NCBI GenBank assembly: GCA_965228475.1
Contig: OZ245817.1
Span: 160,001 to 224,000 of the forward strand
DNA: 64,000 bases
Source: Myxococcota bacterium
Lineage (GTDB): Bacteria > Myxococcota_A > UBA9160 > JAFDDA01
Direction of reading: 5' to 3'
Below the pieces are notes generated by a model that worked only from the letters and a program-made list of their open reading frames with translations, was not told where the DNA came from and searched no databases. The position numbers and the translations under genes are program-made. This document shows positions 47,610 to 57,452 of the stretch, in pieces (position 1 is the stretch's first letter; every line of letters starts with the position of its first letter).

Positions 47610-47799
47610 GGCCGGGGAGGGGGTGTCGTTGCTCCGGGTGGCTGGCCGTTGTAGCGGCTCGCGGCGTCGGCCGTCCTTGCCCAAGAAACAGGCCGCGGGG
47701 TCGTCTGGGATTCCCGGCCCTCGATGTAGTACCGGCCGTGGTTCGAGCGGCGTTTCGGCCGTGTTGGCCTCCCTGCGCAACGACACCCCCTCCCCGGCC
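47610..47799. repeat. 190-bp element with 23-bp perfect terminal inverted repeats
   Basis: GGCCGGGGAGGGGGTGTCGTTGC (47610-47632) / GCAACGACACCCCCTCCCCGGCC (47777-47799). Confidence 0.85.
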
Positions 47800-47849
47800 C
47801 TTCGGGACTTGGGGGGTCGCAGGCCTTCGCGCGCGCCCCTGTGGTTTGA

Positions 47850-48035
47850 AGTCGGGGGAGGGGTGTCCCGCGGGAGCGCAGCGCAACCCGGCCCCGCAGT
47901 GGCGTACTGATGAACCGGAACGTCATCGAGGGTGCGGCGTTCAGTCGGATCGAACGCCCGCAAACGAGCAGGGAGCACCACGCTCCGAACCGAGAAGCCG
48001 TGAGCGAAGCGGAGCGGGACACCCCTCCCCCGACT
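47850..48035. repeat. 186-bp element with 22-bp perfect terminal inverted repeats
   Basis: AGTCGGGGGAGGGGTGTCCCGC (47850-47871) / GCGGGACACCCCTCCCCCGACT (48014-48035). Confidence 0.85.
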
Positions 48036-48070
48036 CGGCCCCGCAGTTCTAACGAGACCGGAACACCACC

Positions 48071-49072
48071 CTACCCGGCTTCGTTCTCGGCGCCCGCAGG
48101 CCGGCGTGTGAGCCCGCGGTAGGCGTCCTCCGGCGAGTGCCCCTCGTAGAGCACCCCGTACACCTCGCGCGCGATCGGCATGTCGACCCCGTGGCGCTCC
48201 GCCAGCTCCATCACGACCTTCGTCGTCTTCACCCCCTCGGCGACCATGTGCATGTCGTCGAGGATCTCCTGGAGCTTCTTCCCCTGGCCGAGCTGGAAGC
48301 CCACCGTGCGGTTGCGGCTCTGGGGGCTGATGCAGGTCGCGATCAGGTCGCCCATGCCGGCGAGGCCCGAGAACGTCTGCGGCTGTCCGCCCATCGCCAT
48401 GCCGAGCCGCGTGAGCTCCGCGAGGCCGCGCGTGATCACCGCCGAGCGCGTGTTGTCGCCGACGCCGAGGCCGTCGCCCATGCCGCTCGCGATGGCGATC
48501 ACGTTCTTCAGCGCTCCGCCGAGTTCGCAGCCGATCACGTCGGGGTTCGTGTAGACGCGGAAGAGGCCCGAGTGGAAGACGCTCTGGAGCTGGGTCGCCG
48601 TCATCGGGTCTTCGATGGCGACGACGCTCGCGGCGGCGAAGCCGGCCATGATCTCCTTGGCGAGGTTCGGGCCGGAGAGCACCGCGGCGCGATGCTCGGG
48701 GAGCATCTCGCGGATCACCTCCGTCATGCGCAGGTGCGTCCCCTGCTCGAGGCCCTTGGCGAGGCTCACGACCGGGACCCACGGGCGCAGACAGGTCGAG
48801 AGCTCCTCGAGCACGCCGCGGAAGCCGTGGGAGGGAACGCCCATCACCACGAGGTCCGCGGTGGAGATCGCCTCTTCGAGGGAGTCCGTGGCGCGCAGCG
48901 CCTCCGGGAGCGCGAAGTCCGCCAGGTAGCGGTGGTTGCGGTGCTCCCGGTTGATCTCGTCGGCCTGGTCCGAGCGGCGGGTCCAGAGCGTGACGGGAGC
49001 GTTCTTCGTCGCGAGGCTCGCGACCGTCGTCCCGAAGGAACCCCCACCGAGCACCGCTACGCGAAGATCCAT
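48071..49072 (-). CDS. gpsA: NAD(P)H-dependent glycerol-3-phosphate dehydrogenase
   Basis: GGGSFGT, AKGLE, LSGPNLA, GALKNVIAI, GMGDLIATC..SRN, VAEGV. Confidence 0.95.
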   Translation of the reverse strand: MDLRVAVLGGGSFGTTVASLATKNAPVTLWTRRSDQADEINREHRNHRYLADFALPEALRATDSLEEAISTADLVVMGVPSHGFRGVLEELSTCLRPWVPVVSLAKGLEQGTHLRMTEVIREMLPEHRAAVLSGPNLAKEIMAGFAAASVVAIEDPMTATQLQSVFHSGLFRVYTNPDVIGCELGGALKNVIAIASGMGDGLGVGDNTRSAVITRGLAELTRLGMAMGGQPQTFSGLAGMGDLIATCISPQSRNRTVGFQLGQGKKLQEILDDMHMVAEGVKTTKVVMELAERHGVDMPIAREVYGVLYEGHSPEDAYRGLTRRPAGAENEAG

Positions 49073-49148
49073 GCAGGCCTCCTTGCCCCAGGGCGCCATT
49101 GTTCCTGCGCGCCGCCCGCCGAGTCAAGCGATGGCGTACACTCTCGCC

Positions 49149-50609
49149 ATGGCCGGCCCGCGGATCGTCATCATCGGCACCGGGTTCTCCGGGCTCTGTC
49201 TCGGCATCCAGCTCAAGCGTGCCGGCTTCGAGGACTTCACGATCCTCGAGAAGGCCGACCACCTCGGCGGCACCTGGCGCGAGAACACCTACCCGGGCGT
49301 CGCCTGCGACCTCATGTCCTTCGCCTACTGCTTCTCCTTCGAGCAGAAGACGGACTGGACGCGGAAGTGGTCGCCCCAGCCCGAGATCCTCGCGTACATG
49401 GAGCACTGCGCGCAGAAGTACGGGCTCCTGCCGCACATCCGCTTCGGCGCCGAGGTCGTCGGCGCGCGCTTCGAGGAAGAGCGCGGCGTGTGGCGCGTCC
49501 GCACGCGCGAAGGCGGCGTCGAGGGCGACGAGTTCGAGGCCGAGGTGCTGGTCTCCGGCGTCGGCCAGCTCCACAAGCCGGTGTATCCGGACCTCCCGGG
49601 CCGTGAGAGCTTCGCCGGCCCCTCCTTCCACTCCGCCGCCTGGGACGCGAGCGTGCCGCTCGAGGGCAAGCGCATCGGCGTGATCGGCAGCGCCGCGAGC
49701 GCCATCCAGTTCATTCCCGAGATCGCGAAGCAGGCCAGCTCGCTCACGGTCTTCCAGCGGACGCCGAACTGGATCATCCCGCGTGGGGATCGCGCGTACA
49801 CCGAGAACGAGAAGCGCTGGCTCGGACGTTCCCGTCTGCTGGCGAAGGCCTACCGAAGCTTCATCTGGGCGCGGCAGGAGCTGATGTTCCCGCTCATCGT
49901 CGGGAAGATGCAGAAGCGCTGGCGCGAGATGGCGCTCGGCAACCTCGAAGAGCACATCCAGGACCCGGAGCTCCGCAAGAAGCTCACGCCGAACTACCCG
50001 GTGGGCGGCAAGCGCGTCCTCATCCACGACGACTACTTCCCGGCCCTGGCGCGGGAGAACGTGGAGCTCGTGACCGAGGCGATCGAGCGCATCGACGCGA
50101 GCGGCGTCGTCACCGCCGACGGCGAGCACCACGCCTTCGACGTCCTCGTCTACGGCACCGGCTTCGACACGACCCACTTCATGGCGCCCATGGAGATCGA
50201 GGGCCGCGACGGCCACGTCCTGGAATCGCAGTGGAAGGACGGCGCCGAGGCGTACCTGGGGCTCACCGTCGCGGGCTTCCCGAACTTCTTCATGATGTAC
50301 GGCCCGAACACCAACCTCGGGCACAACTCGATCATCTTCATGATCGAGTGCCAGGCGAACTACATCGTGCGGTGTGTGGAGCGGATCAGGAACGAGGGCC
50401 TTCGCTACCTCGACCTCAGCCCGGAGGCCATGAAGGCCTTCAACGTCCAGCTCCAGGCGAAGCTCGACCAGACCGTCTGGGCCCGCACCCCGCGAAGCTG
50501 GTACAAGAACGCCGCCGGCAAGATCACCAACAACTGGTCGGGCACCACCACGGCCTACTGGTGGCAGACGCGCCGGCCGAAGTTCACCGACTATCGCGAG
50601 ATCCGATAG
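49149..50609 (+). CDS. Baeyer-Villiger/flavin-containing monooxygenase
   Basis: GTGFSG, GGTWRENTYPG, fingerprint FAGPSFHSAAWD, GSAASAIQ. Confidence 0.92.
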   Translation: MAGPRIVIIGTGFSGLCLGIQLKRAGFEDFTILEKADHLGGTWRENTYPGVACDLMSFAYCFSFEQKTDWTRKWSPQPEILAYMEHCAQKYGLLPHIRFGAEVVGARFEEERGVWRVRTREGGVEGDEFEAEVLVSGVGQLHKPVYPDLPGRESFAGPSFHSAAWDASVPLEGKRIGVIGSAASAIQFIPEIAKQASSLTVFQRTPNWIIPRGDRAYTENEKRWLGRSRLLAKAYRSFIWARQELMFPLIVGKMQKRWREMALGNLEEHIQDPELRKKLTPNYPVGGKRVLIHDDYFPALARENVELVTEAIERIDASGVVTADGEHHAFDVLVYGTGFDTTHFMAPMEIEGRDGHVLESQWKDGAEAYLGLTVAGFPNFFMMYGPNTNLGHNSIIFMIECQANYIVRCVERIRNEGLRYLDLSPEAMKAFNVQLQAKLDQTVWARTPRSWYKNAAGKITNNWSGTTTAYWWQTRRPKFTDYREIR

Positions 50610-50646
50610 GGCCGCGGCCCGTTGCCGCTGGCGTTCCGAGTGGCCC

Positions 50647-51213
50647 CTACCGCTCCGAGCGGCGGAGGCCGACGAGCGCCAGGCCCGCGCCGAGCATCAG
50701 CAGGCCCGCCGAAGGCTCAGGGACCAGCGTGAACGTGAGCGCGTAGCTCACGACGGTGTCCGCGGTCTCCTGGAGCCAGAAGGAGTGGGTGCCGACGCCG
50801 TAGGGCCCGCCGAGGCTGGCCGTGATGTCGCCGGATGCGGCGTTGAACAGCAGGAAGTCGTCGACGTTGCCCGCGCCCTGGCCCGCGAAGCCGAGACCGT
50901 TCACGTAGCCGGCGAAGCTCGAGCCCGGGTTGGAGGGCGCGAAGGTGTAGGAGTCCACCGTGAGGGAGGTGACGGTCGCGCCGGCCGGGACCGTGAAATA
51001 GAAGTAGTCGGCGTCCTGGCCGCCGACCGCGCCGGTGTTCCCGTTGTTGCCGATCGTGCCGATGACGGTGTTGGTGCCGGCCGCGAGGGTCAACTCGGTC
51101 GGGGCGGCCCCGACGCCGGAGAGGTCGCCGTCGATGCTCTCGTCCCAGATCGTGGCGGCGGAGGCCAGGCCCGGGGCGGTGAGGAGAAGGGTCGCGAGAA
51201 GGAGTCGGCGCAT
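50647..51213 (-). CDS. PEP-CTERM sorting domain protein
   Basis: Signal peptide; C-terminal VPEPSAGLLMLGAGLALVGLRRSER. Confidence 0.9.
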   Translation of the reverse strand: MRRLLLATLLLTAPGLASAATIWDESIDGDLSGVGAAPTELTLAAGTNTVIGTIGNNGNTGAVGGQDADYFYFTVPAGATVTSLTVDSYTFAPSNPGSSFAGYVNGLGFAGQGAGNVDDFLLFNAASGDITASLGGPYGVGTHSFWLQETADTVVSYALTFTLVPEPSAGLLMLGAGLALVGLRRSER

Positions 51214-51378
51214 GGGAAGGTCCTCGGAGCGTCCGCTGGCAGCGGAGCGGGCCCTTCCCTGGCTGGGAGTTTTGTACCACGTCGGCGGCCGGGTGCCCAG
51301 CCCCGGGGCCCACAACTGCCCGGAAAACCTCGAAACGGGCCTCTCAAGGCCCTCCCCGGGCCGGACGAACAGTCCGCC

Positions 51379-51708
51379 ATGGCCCTTCGCCCGCTAGAGC
51401 CCCGGTCCGCCCAGCGGACCACCCGCCACACGAGCTGCGAGCTCGAGATCGCCGGCAAGAGCTACACCGGCGTGATCGTCGACCACTCGGCCACGGGCAT
51501 GTTCGTCCGCACGAACGTGCAGCCGGTCGAGGGCGCGCCGGTGTCCGTTCTCGTGCGCCGGCCCGGCGGCGAGGTCTGGGAGATCGCCGCCCGGGTAGCC
51601 CGCACGGCCACGCGCCCGAAGCAGCCGACCCCGCGCCGCGGCGTCGGCCTCGTGATCGAAGAAGCGCCCCACGCCTACCACGTCTTCGTCAGCACGATCC
51701 CGAAGTGA
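51379..51708 (+). CDS. PilZ domain protein
   Basis: RxxxR (RSAQR) and DxSxxG (DHSATG). Confidence 0.8.
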   Translation: MALRPLEPRSAQRTTRHTSCELEIAGKSYTGVIVDHSATGMFVRTNVQPVEGAPVSVLVRRPGGEVWEIAARVARTATRPKQPTPRRGVGLVIEEAPHAYHVFVSTIPK

Positions 51709-51742
51709 CGCCGCCTCAACCGTTCCTACTAGCGCGGGAAGG

Positions 51743-54073
51743 CTAGGTGCGGGATCGCGCTTGAGCGCGAGCTCTGAGCAACGCGCGAACCTGCGAATAC
51801 AGCTGAACCTCAGCCTCGGATTGGTCTTCGATGACGATCACAAGCGCGTAGGGCTCCTCCGTGTCATCGCTCGCCCAATCTGTTTGCTGACTAGTAACGA
51901 CAACAAAATAGGGCTTCTGATCAGCGCCTCGGTTCACTTGCTTCAGTCGCTTGGAAGCCGCTTGCACCGTTCCACCCTTCCGGTAGTTCGGGCTGGGAAA
52001 GAAACCCTGCGTCTCGGGGATCGGCTCTTCGACTTCGTTCTTCTTGAGTCGCCGATACGCTTGTGTCACATCTTCGATGCTCTGTGCCCTGACTATTCGA
52101 AACTGAAGCGCGGTCTCCTTGTAGTCGATTCTAGTCCTTCGGACTCTGGGCATGTGTGAGAGCGCGACGGATATTCTCCGTTGTCTGCGTGCAGGCGCCG
52201 CGAAGAAGTCGTCTGGCATCGGGACTTCGTAGAAGTGGTGACGTTCAGCCCCGATTCGTTCCTCTGCGACCATCGTGACCCGATTCTCCGACGAGAAGCG
52301 ACTCTCCTCCAGCCTAGGCACGCCGTATCCGACTAGTCTCGTGACCTTCTTCGGATCGCCAGACAACAGGCCAAGAGTCGCTTCAGGAACCTCGGCGTGT
52401 GCAACGAGAAGCGCTCGAAGGAGGTTCGCAGATGCGGTCGGATACTCCGCAAGCAGTCGGCCTGCGAGGTTCGACACTTTACCGGCCGCCTGACTCGTCC
52501 CGAGGTCGACCGCGAAGAGATTCCCGGTCGCAAACTCAAAGGACGTGCTCACCTCTCCAAGTTCCGTGCCTGGGCTTCGAACATCGGGAGACTGGCGCGT
52601 GTCAACGTAGAAGTTTCCACCATACTCAACGAGTTCAGGCTTGATTGCCCCGCGAGGGCCGGGGCCGGAGCGAGAGAAGGGCGACGGCTCTCCCCGCCGG
52701 GCTACCGGTTGATAGGCTGGGTCTTTCGGGTACCGAATCGCCATGTGGGAGCCCTCGTGCCGCGCGAGGCTTCCGATGGTGAGGGCATTCAGGGCCGGCG
52801 CAGGGTCAATCAACCGGGCGGAATCCCGCAGAAGGTATTCGGGGTAGTCGCCTCTCCATCGTTTGGGCTCACTGTCCGTGCCCCTGAAGTTCCCGGCGGA
52901 CACGATGAAGAGCACCCCGTACTCCCGGGACAGTGCATCGAGTGTCGCAGCCAGCCTGTCGACGTGGCCGTCCTGATAGACTCGACTCTCGTCGCCGAAA
53001 GACAGATTGAATACCCGACATCCATAGTTCTCGGTGAAATAGACGACGGCTTCCTCGATCCGCTTCTCGAGGAGGCTCGAAGGATCTCCGAGCGGCGAGT
53101 CCGAAATCCTCCCGCTGAAGAGCCAGCACTCGGCCGAGAGGGAACTCGCTGCGAGCCCTTCTTCGATGCTCCCATAGAGAGCAAGACCCCCAATATGGGT
53201 CCCATGCCCCGTGAAGTCTTCCGCGTCGCCGGAATCGGAGAAGCCTTGGGCGTCGCCGATCGAGTTCTCGAATAGGGGATGGTTGGTAGCGATCCCTGAA
53301 TCGAGAAGGACGACTCCCGGTGCGCCGTCTGCGGGCGGTTCGGGGCTGGGAAGCTCCGAGCTGTCAATTCGGAGGAGCGTGAAGTCGAGTTGGTAGCGCG
53401 GTGGCAGGTCTACAGTTCGGACGTCCCGCATCTTCAGGACCCGGGCCAGGCCTTCGGTGCGGAGCTGAACTCGGAGCAGGACGATGGCGGAGTTGTTTAC
53501 TTCATCGAGGATATTGATCGCTTCTGTTCGGCACCACTCCCGAAAATTCTCGAGCATACGAGTTCGTTCGGGGATCAGATCGAGGGGCCACAGCTCGACG
53601 TCTACTGAGAACGCCTCGTCTTTGGGGGGTGAGAACGACGTGAGGGCCGGGCCTGTTCGGTCCTCCGGGCTGACATCATCAAAGCGCTGAATCGCCCATA
53701 GGATCTCCTTTCGGGTAGCCCCTCCTGTCGCTGCCACCTGATCCAGTCTCTTCTTGAACTCAGCGAGCCCGTCCGCCGTCGCAAAGAGGATGGTGATTTT
53801 CTTTCCAGACTCTTCACTGACCACCTTGAGACCAGGGATCTTCTCGAGATCCTGGGGTTGGATTCCTTCGATGGTCAGTTTAAGGAGTCGGCGTGGGTCG
53901 AATCCCGGAATCTCTTCTTCGCTAGGGTTGGTCTTTTCTTCGAGTTCTCTAGCTAGCCGCTTCCCGTGTGCCTTCGGGTCCGAAGGCGGTCCTCCGCCAA
54001 AGCCTCGTGGTCGTCGCCGCTCGTTCGTCCGCTCAGCACGGGCGATGTCGAGATGTTGGAATCGCTCGGCCAC
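51743..54073 (-). CDS. S8 (subtilisin-like) serine protease, IetS-like
   Basis: Triad motifs LLDSG, GHGTHIGG, GTSQAA; SAGN; no signal peptide; lower GC. Confidence 0.88.
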   Translation of the reverse strand: MAERFQHLDIARAERTNERRRPRGFGGGPPSDPKAHGKRLARELEEKTNPSEEEIPGFDPRRLLKLTIEGIQPQDLEKIPGLKVVSEESGKKITILFATADGLAEFKKRLDQVAATGGATRKEILWAIQRFDDVSPEDRTGPALTSFSPPKDEAFSVDVELWPLDLIPERTRMLENFREWCRTEAINILDEVNNSAIVLLRVQLRTEGLARVLKMRDVRTVDLPPRYQLDFTLLRIDSSELPSPEPPADGAPGVVLLDSGIATNHPLFENSIGDAQGFSDSGDAEDFTGHGTHIGGLALYGSIEEGLAASSLSAECWLFSGRISDSPLGDPSSLLEKRIEEAVVYFTENYGCRVFNLSFGDESRVYQDGHVDRLAATLDALSREYGVLFIVSAGNFRGTDSEPKRWRGDYPEYLLRDSARLIDPAPALNALTIGSLARHEGSHMAIRYPKDPAYQPVARRGEPSPFSRSGPGPRGAIKPELVEYGGNFYVDTRQSPDVRSPGTELGEVSTSFEFATGNLFAVDLGTSQAAGKVSNLAGRLLAEYPTASANLLRALLVAHAEVPEATLGLLSGDPKKVTRLVGYGVPRLEESRFSSENRVTMVAEERIGAERHHFYEVPMPDDFFAAPARRQRRISVALSHMPRVRRTRIDYKETALQFRIVRAQSIEDVTQAYRRLKKNEVEEPIPETQGFFPSPNYRKGGTVQAASKRLKQVNRGADQKPYFVVVTSQQTDWASDDTEEPYALVIVIEDQSEAEVQLYSQVRALLRARAQARSRT

Positions 54074-54085
54074 CCTTAGTCGACC

Positions 54086-55081
54086 TCATCCGTCTTGCGT
54101 GACCGATCCAACCAACTCTCGGCGCTTCTCCTCGCGGGCAAGCGCCGACTCGAGATGCGCTGCGAGAAGGAAGTCGCGCCCGGCCAGTGCCATCGACTTT
54201 ATGCCTCGAACCAAGACGCGTTCGATGTCAGCATGAGCCATGCCCGAGAACCCTGAAGCAACATCTTCGACCTCGAAATCCCTCCGCACTCCACGAAGCT
54301 TGACTTCAAGGAGGCGTCGAATCTCTTCGCCATCTGGTCGCTCGAAGAAGACTACTTCGTCGAAGCGCCGCCAAAGGGCGCGGTCGAGCATTCCCTCATG
54401 ATTAGACGCTGCAAGGAGAAGGCTCGCGCCGTGGTAGCTGTCGAGCATCTGAAGAAACGAACTCACGACGCGGCGCAGCTCACCATGTTCCGTTGCATCC
54501 TCTCGCTCTTTGCCGATGGCATCGAACTCGTCGAAGAGGGCGACATATCGACCGCGCTCTAGATAGTCGAAGACCTTCCGGAGATTTGACGCCGTTTCTC
54601 CCAGGAACGAGGAAACCACGGCATCGAAGCGGATTACTACAAGCGGAAGGCCAAGTTCCGTGGCAATCACCTCGCCGGCGAGCGTCTTTCCGCACCCCGG
54701 TGGTCCACAGAAGAGCACCCTTGAAATCGGGCGGAGCCCCCAAGTTCCTAGCTGATCGCGCCGGCTCTGCTCAAGCAAGATCTCTTGAAGCAAGGCGCTG
54801 TTGGTCTCAGAAAGGACAACGTCTTCTGCGCCGCGAACCGGAGCACGAACCTCAAGAAGCGGAAGCTTTCGCTCGCCGTCGGTCGGGACAGCTGGGAGAT
54901 GGTCCTCAAGGGCACCGCTGCGTGAAACGCCGTAGAGGATGCGCTCAAGGTCGTTTGCTAGCAGGTGGTGATTCTTGGCCCGCTCTTCTTCGATTACCTT
55001 TTCTGCCACTTGACGGAACTCAACGCCACTGTTGTCGGCACCTGCTTTGATGAGTTGTCGTAGCAGTCTTCCGTGGGCCAC
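54086..55081 (-). CDS. AAA+ ATPase, IetA-like
   Basis: EERAKNHHLLANDL, Walker A GPPGCGKT, SSFLGET, Walker B LFDEFD, LDRALWRRFD; lower GC. Confidence 0.88.
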   Translation of the reverse strand: MAHGRLLRQLIKAGADNSGVEFRQVAEKVIEEERAKNHHLLANDLERILYGVSRSGALEDHLPAVPTDGERKLPLLEVRAPVRGAEDVVLSETNSALLQEILLEQSRRDQLGTWGLRPISRVLFCGPPGCGKTLAGEVIATELGLPLVVIRFDAVVSSFLGETASNLRKVFDYLERGRYVALFDEFDAIGKEREDATEHGELRRVVSSFLQMLDSYHGASLLLAASNHEGMLDRALWRRFDEVVFFERPDGEEIRRLLEVKLRGVRRDFEVEDVASGFSGMAHADIERVLVRGIKSMALAGRDFLLAAHLESALAREEKRRELVGSVTQDG

Positions 55082-55219
55082 TTGCTCGCCTCTAGTGCGT
55101 AGTATCGCCCCGTCGTGACAGTCACGGTCACGAGCCAAGTTCGGTAAACCTTGAGTAGCTTCGAATACTCGCTGGGATCCGTCAAATGATGATTCTTGCC
55201 ACTACGTCGGAGTTGCGAG

Positions 55220-56362
55220 CTACCGCAGGCTGCGAAAGCAGTCGCGGATCTCCTTCACATAGAGCTCCGGCTGCTCGAAGGCGGCGAAGTGGCCGCCGCG
55301 GTCGAGCTCGTTCCAGTGAAGGAGCTCGCCGCCGAAACGCTTCTCGGCCCAGCGCTGCGAGGTGCGGAAGATCTCCTTCGGGTAGATCGAGCAGCCGACG
55401 GGAACGTTCACCGGGTCGAAGGGCGGGGTGCGGAAGCTCTCCCAGTAGAGACGCGCCGAAGACACGGCCGTTCCGGGGAGCCAGTACATCATCACGTTGT
55501 CGAGCAGTTCGTCGCGGGAGAGGACGTTCTCGGGGTGGCCGTTGCAGTCGGTCCAGGCCCAGAACTTCTCGAGCACCCAGGCGGCCTGGCCGCTCGGGGA
55601 ATCCGTGAGCCCGTAGCCGACGGTCTGGGGCCGCGTGCTCTGCTGCTTCGAGTAGCCCGAGTCCCAATCCTGGTAGTGCTGGATCCCGGCGAGGGCGGAC
55701 TGCTCCTGCTCGGTGAGGTCGCCCATCGTCTCCGGGTCCGGCGGCGCGATCGGCATGTTCAGGTGGATGGCGGCGCAGCCCTCGGGCGCCTGGGCGCCGA
55801 TCAGCGTCGTCACCATCGCGCCCCAGTCGCCGCCCTGGGCGACCCAGCGCTCGTAGCCGAGCCGCTTCATCAGGACGCCCCAGGCGGCGGCCATGCGTCC
55901 GCAGCCCCAGCCGGTCTCCTTGGGCTTGCTCGAGTAGCCGTAGCCCGGCAGCGAGGGGCAGACGACGTGGAAGGCGTCGCTCGCGCTGCCGCCGTGGGCG
56001 GTCGGGTCCGTGAGCGGCTCGATCACCTTCTGGAACTCGACGATCGAGCCGGGCCAGCCGTGGGTGATCACGATCGGCAGCGCGTCCTCGTGCTTCGAGC
56101 GCACGTGGACGAAGTGCACGTCGATGCCGTCGATGGGCGTCTTGAACTGGGGGAAGCGGTTGAGCGCGGTCTCGCGCGCGCGCCAATCGTACTTCTCGGC
56201 CCAGTAGGCGCAGACCTCCTGGACGTAGGCGAGCGGGATGCCCTGGGACCAGTCGTCGACGAGCTCGGCCTCGGGCCAGCGCGTGTTCGCGAGGCGGCGC
56301 TGCAGGTCGTCGAGCGCTTCGTCGCTCGCGTGGATCGCAAAGGGGGTGATGGCTTCGGACAT
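55220..56362 (-). CDS. Epoxide hydrolase (microsomal-type alpha/beta hydrolase)
   Basis: HGWPGS, QGGDWG, GGHFAAFE. Confidence 0.92.
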   Translation of the reverse strand: MSEAITPFAIHASDEALDDLQRRLANTRWPEAELVDDWSQGIPLAYVQEVCAYWAEKYDWRARETALNRFPQFKTPIDGIDVHFVHVRSKHEDALPIVITHGWPGSIVEFQKVIEPLTDPTAHGGSASDAFHVVCPSLPGYGYSSKPKETGWGCGRMAAAWGVLMKRLGYERWVAQGGDWGAMVTTLIGAQAPEGCAAIHLNMPIAPPDPETMGDLTEQEQSALAGIQHYQDWDSGYSKQQSTRPQTVGYGLTDSPSGQAAWVLEKFWAWTDCNGHPENVLSRDELLDNVMMYWLPGTAVSSARLYWESFRTPPFDPVNVPVGCSIYPKEIFRTSQRWAEKRFGGELLHWNELDRGGHFAAFEQPELYVKEIRDCFRSLR

Positions 56363-56435
56363 GGCTCCTCCCGGGATGGCGCGCGCGCAGGTTGCCCTCG
56401 GGCGCGCAGGGCGCCCAAGGGCGCGCGGGAGCAGC

Positions 56436-57137
<702 letters not shown>

Positions 57138-57452
57138 GGGACCTCCTCGGGCGCGCCCCCGAGCATACGCCCGGGCGCGCGCCGGGAGCCCGAAGTCTGC
57201 GGCCTCGGGGCGGAATTCCGCCCGCCGCCGCCCGGCAACCGCGACGCAGTGCGCAACGCCCCCGCCGCCGGAATACCGAGCGTTGTCGGGGCCTTGTATT
57301 GGCCTGCCCACCCTGTCACACTGGCCTCACGCGTCATTCGCGAGCCCTCCGGGGCGCAGTTTCAACCCTGGACCGTCCAGGCCGCGATCCCGCCCAAGAC
57401 CCCGAAGCCGGGGCCGGACGCGGACCCGACGGGCGGAAACCGAGACGAGGAC

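Noticed and set aside
47594..48122. Small ORFs in the DUF2889-gpsA gap
   Set aside because: Atypical codon usage and overlap with the inverted-repeat elements; likely non-coding.
51709..55219. att sites or target duplication flanking the AAA-S8 islet
   Set aside because: No convincing direct or inverted repeats found by eye at either boundary.
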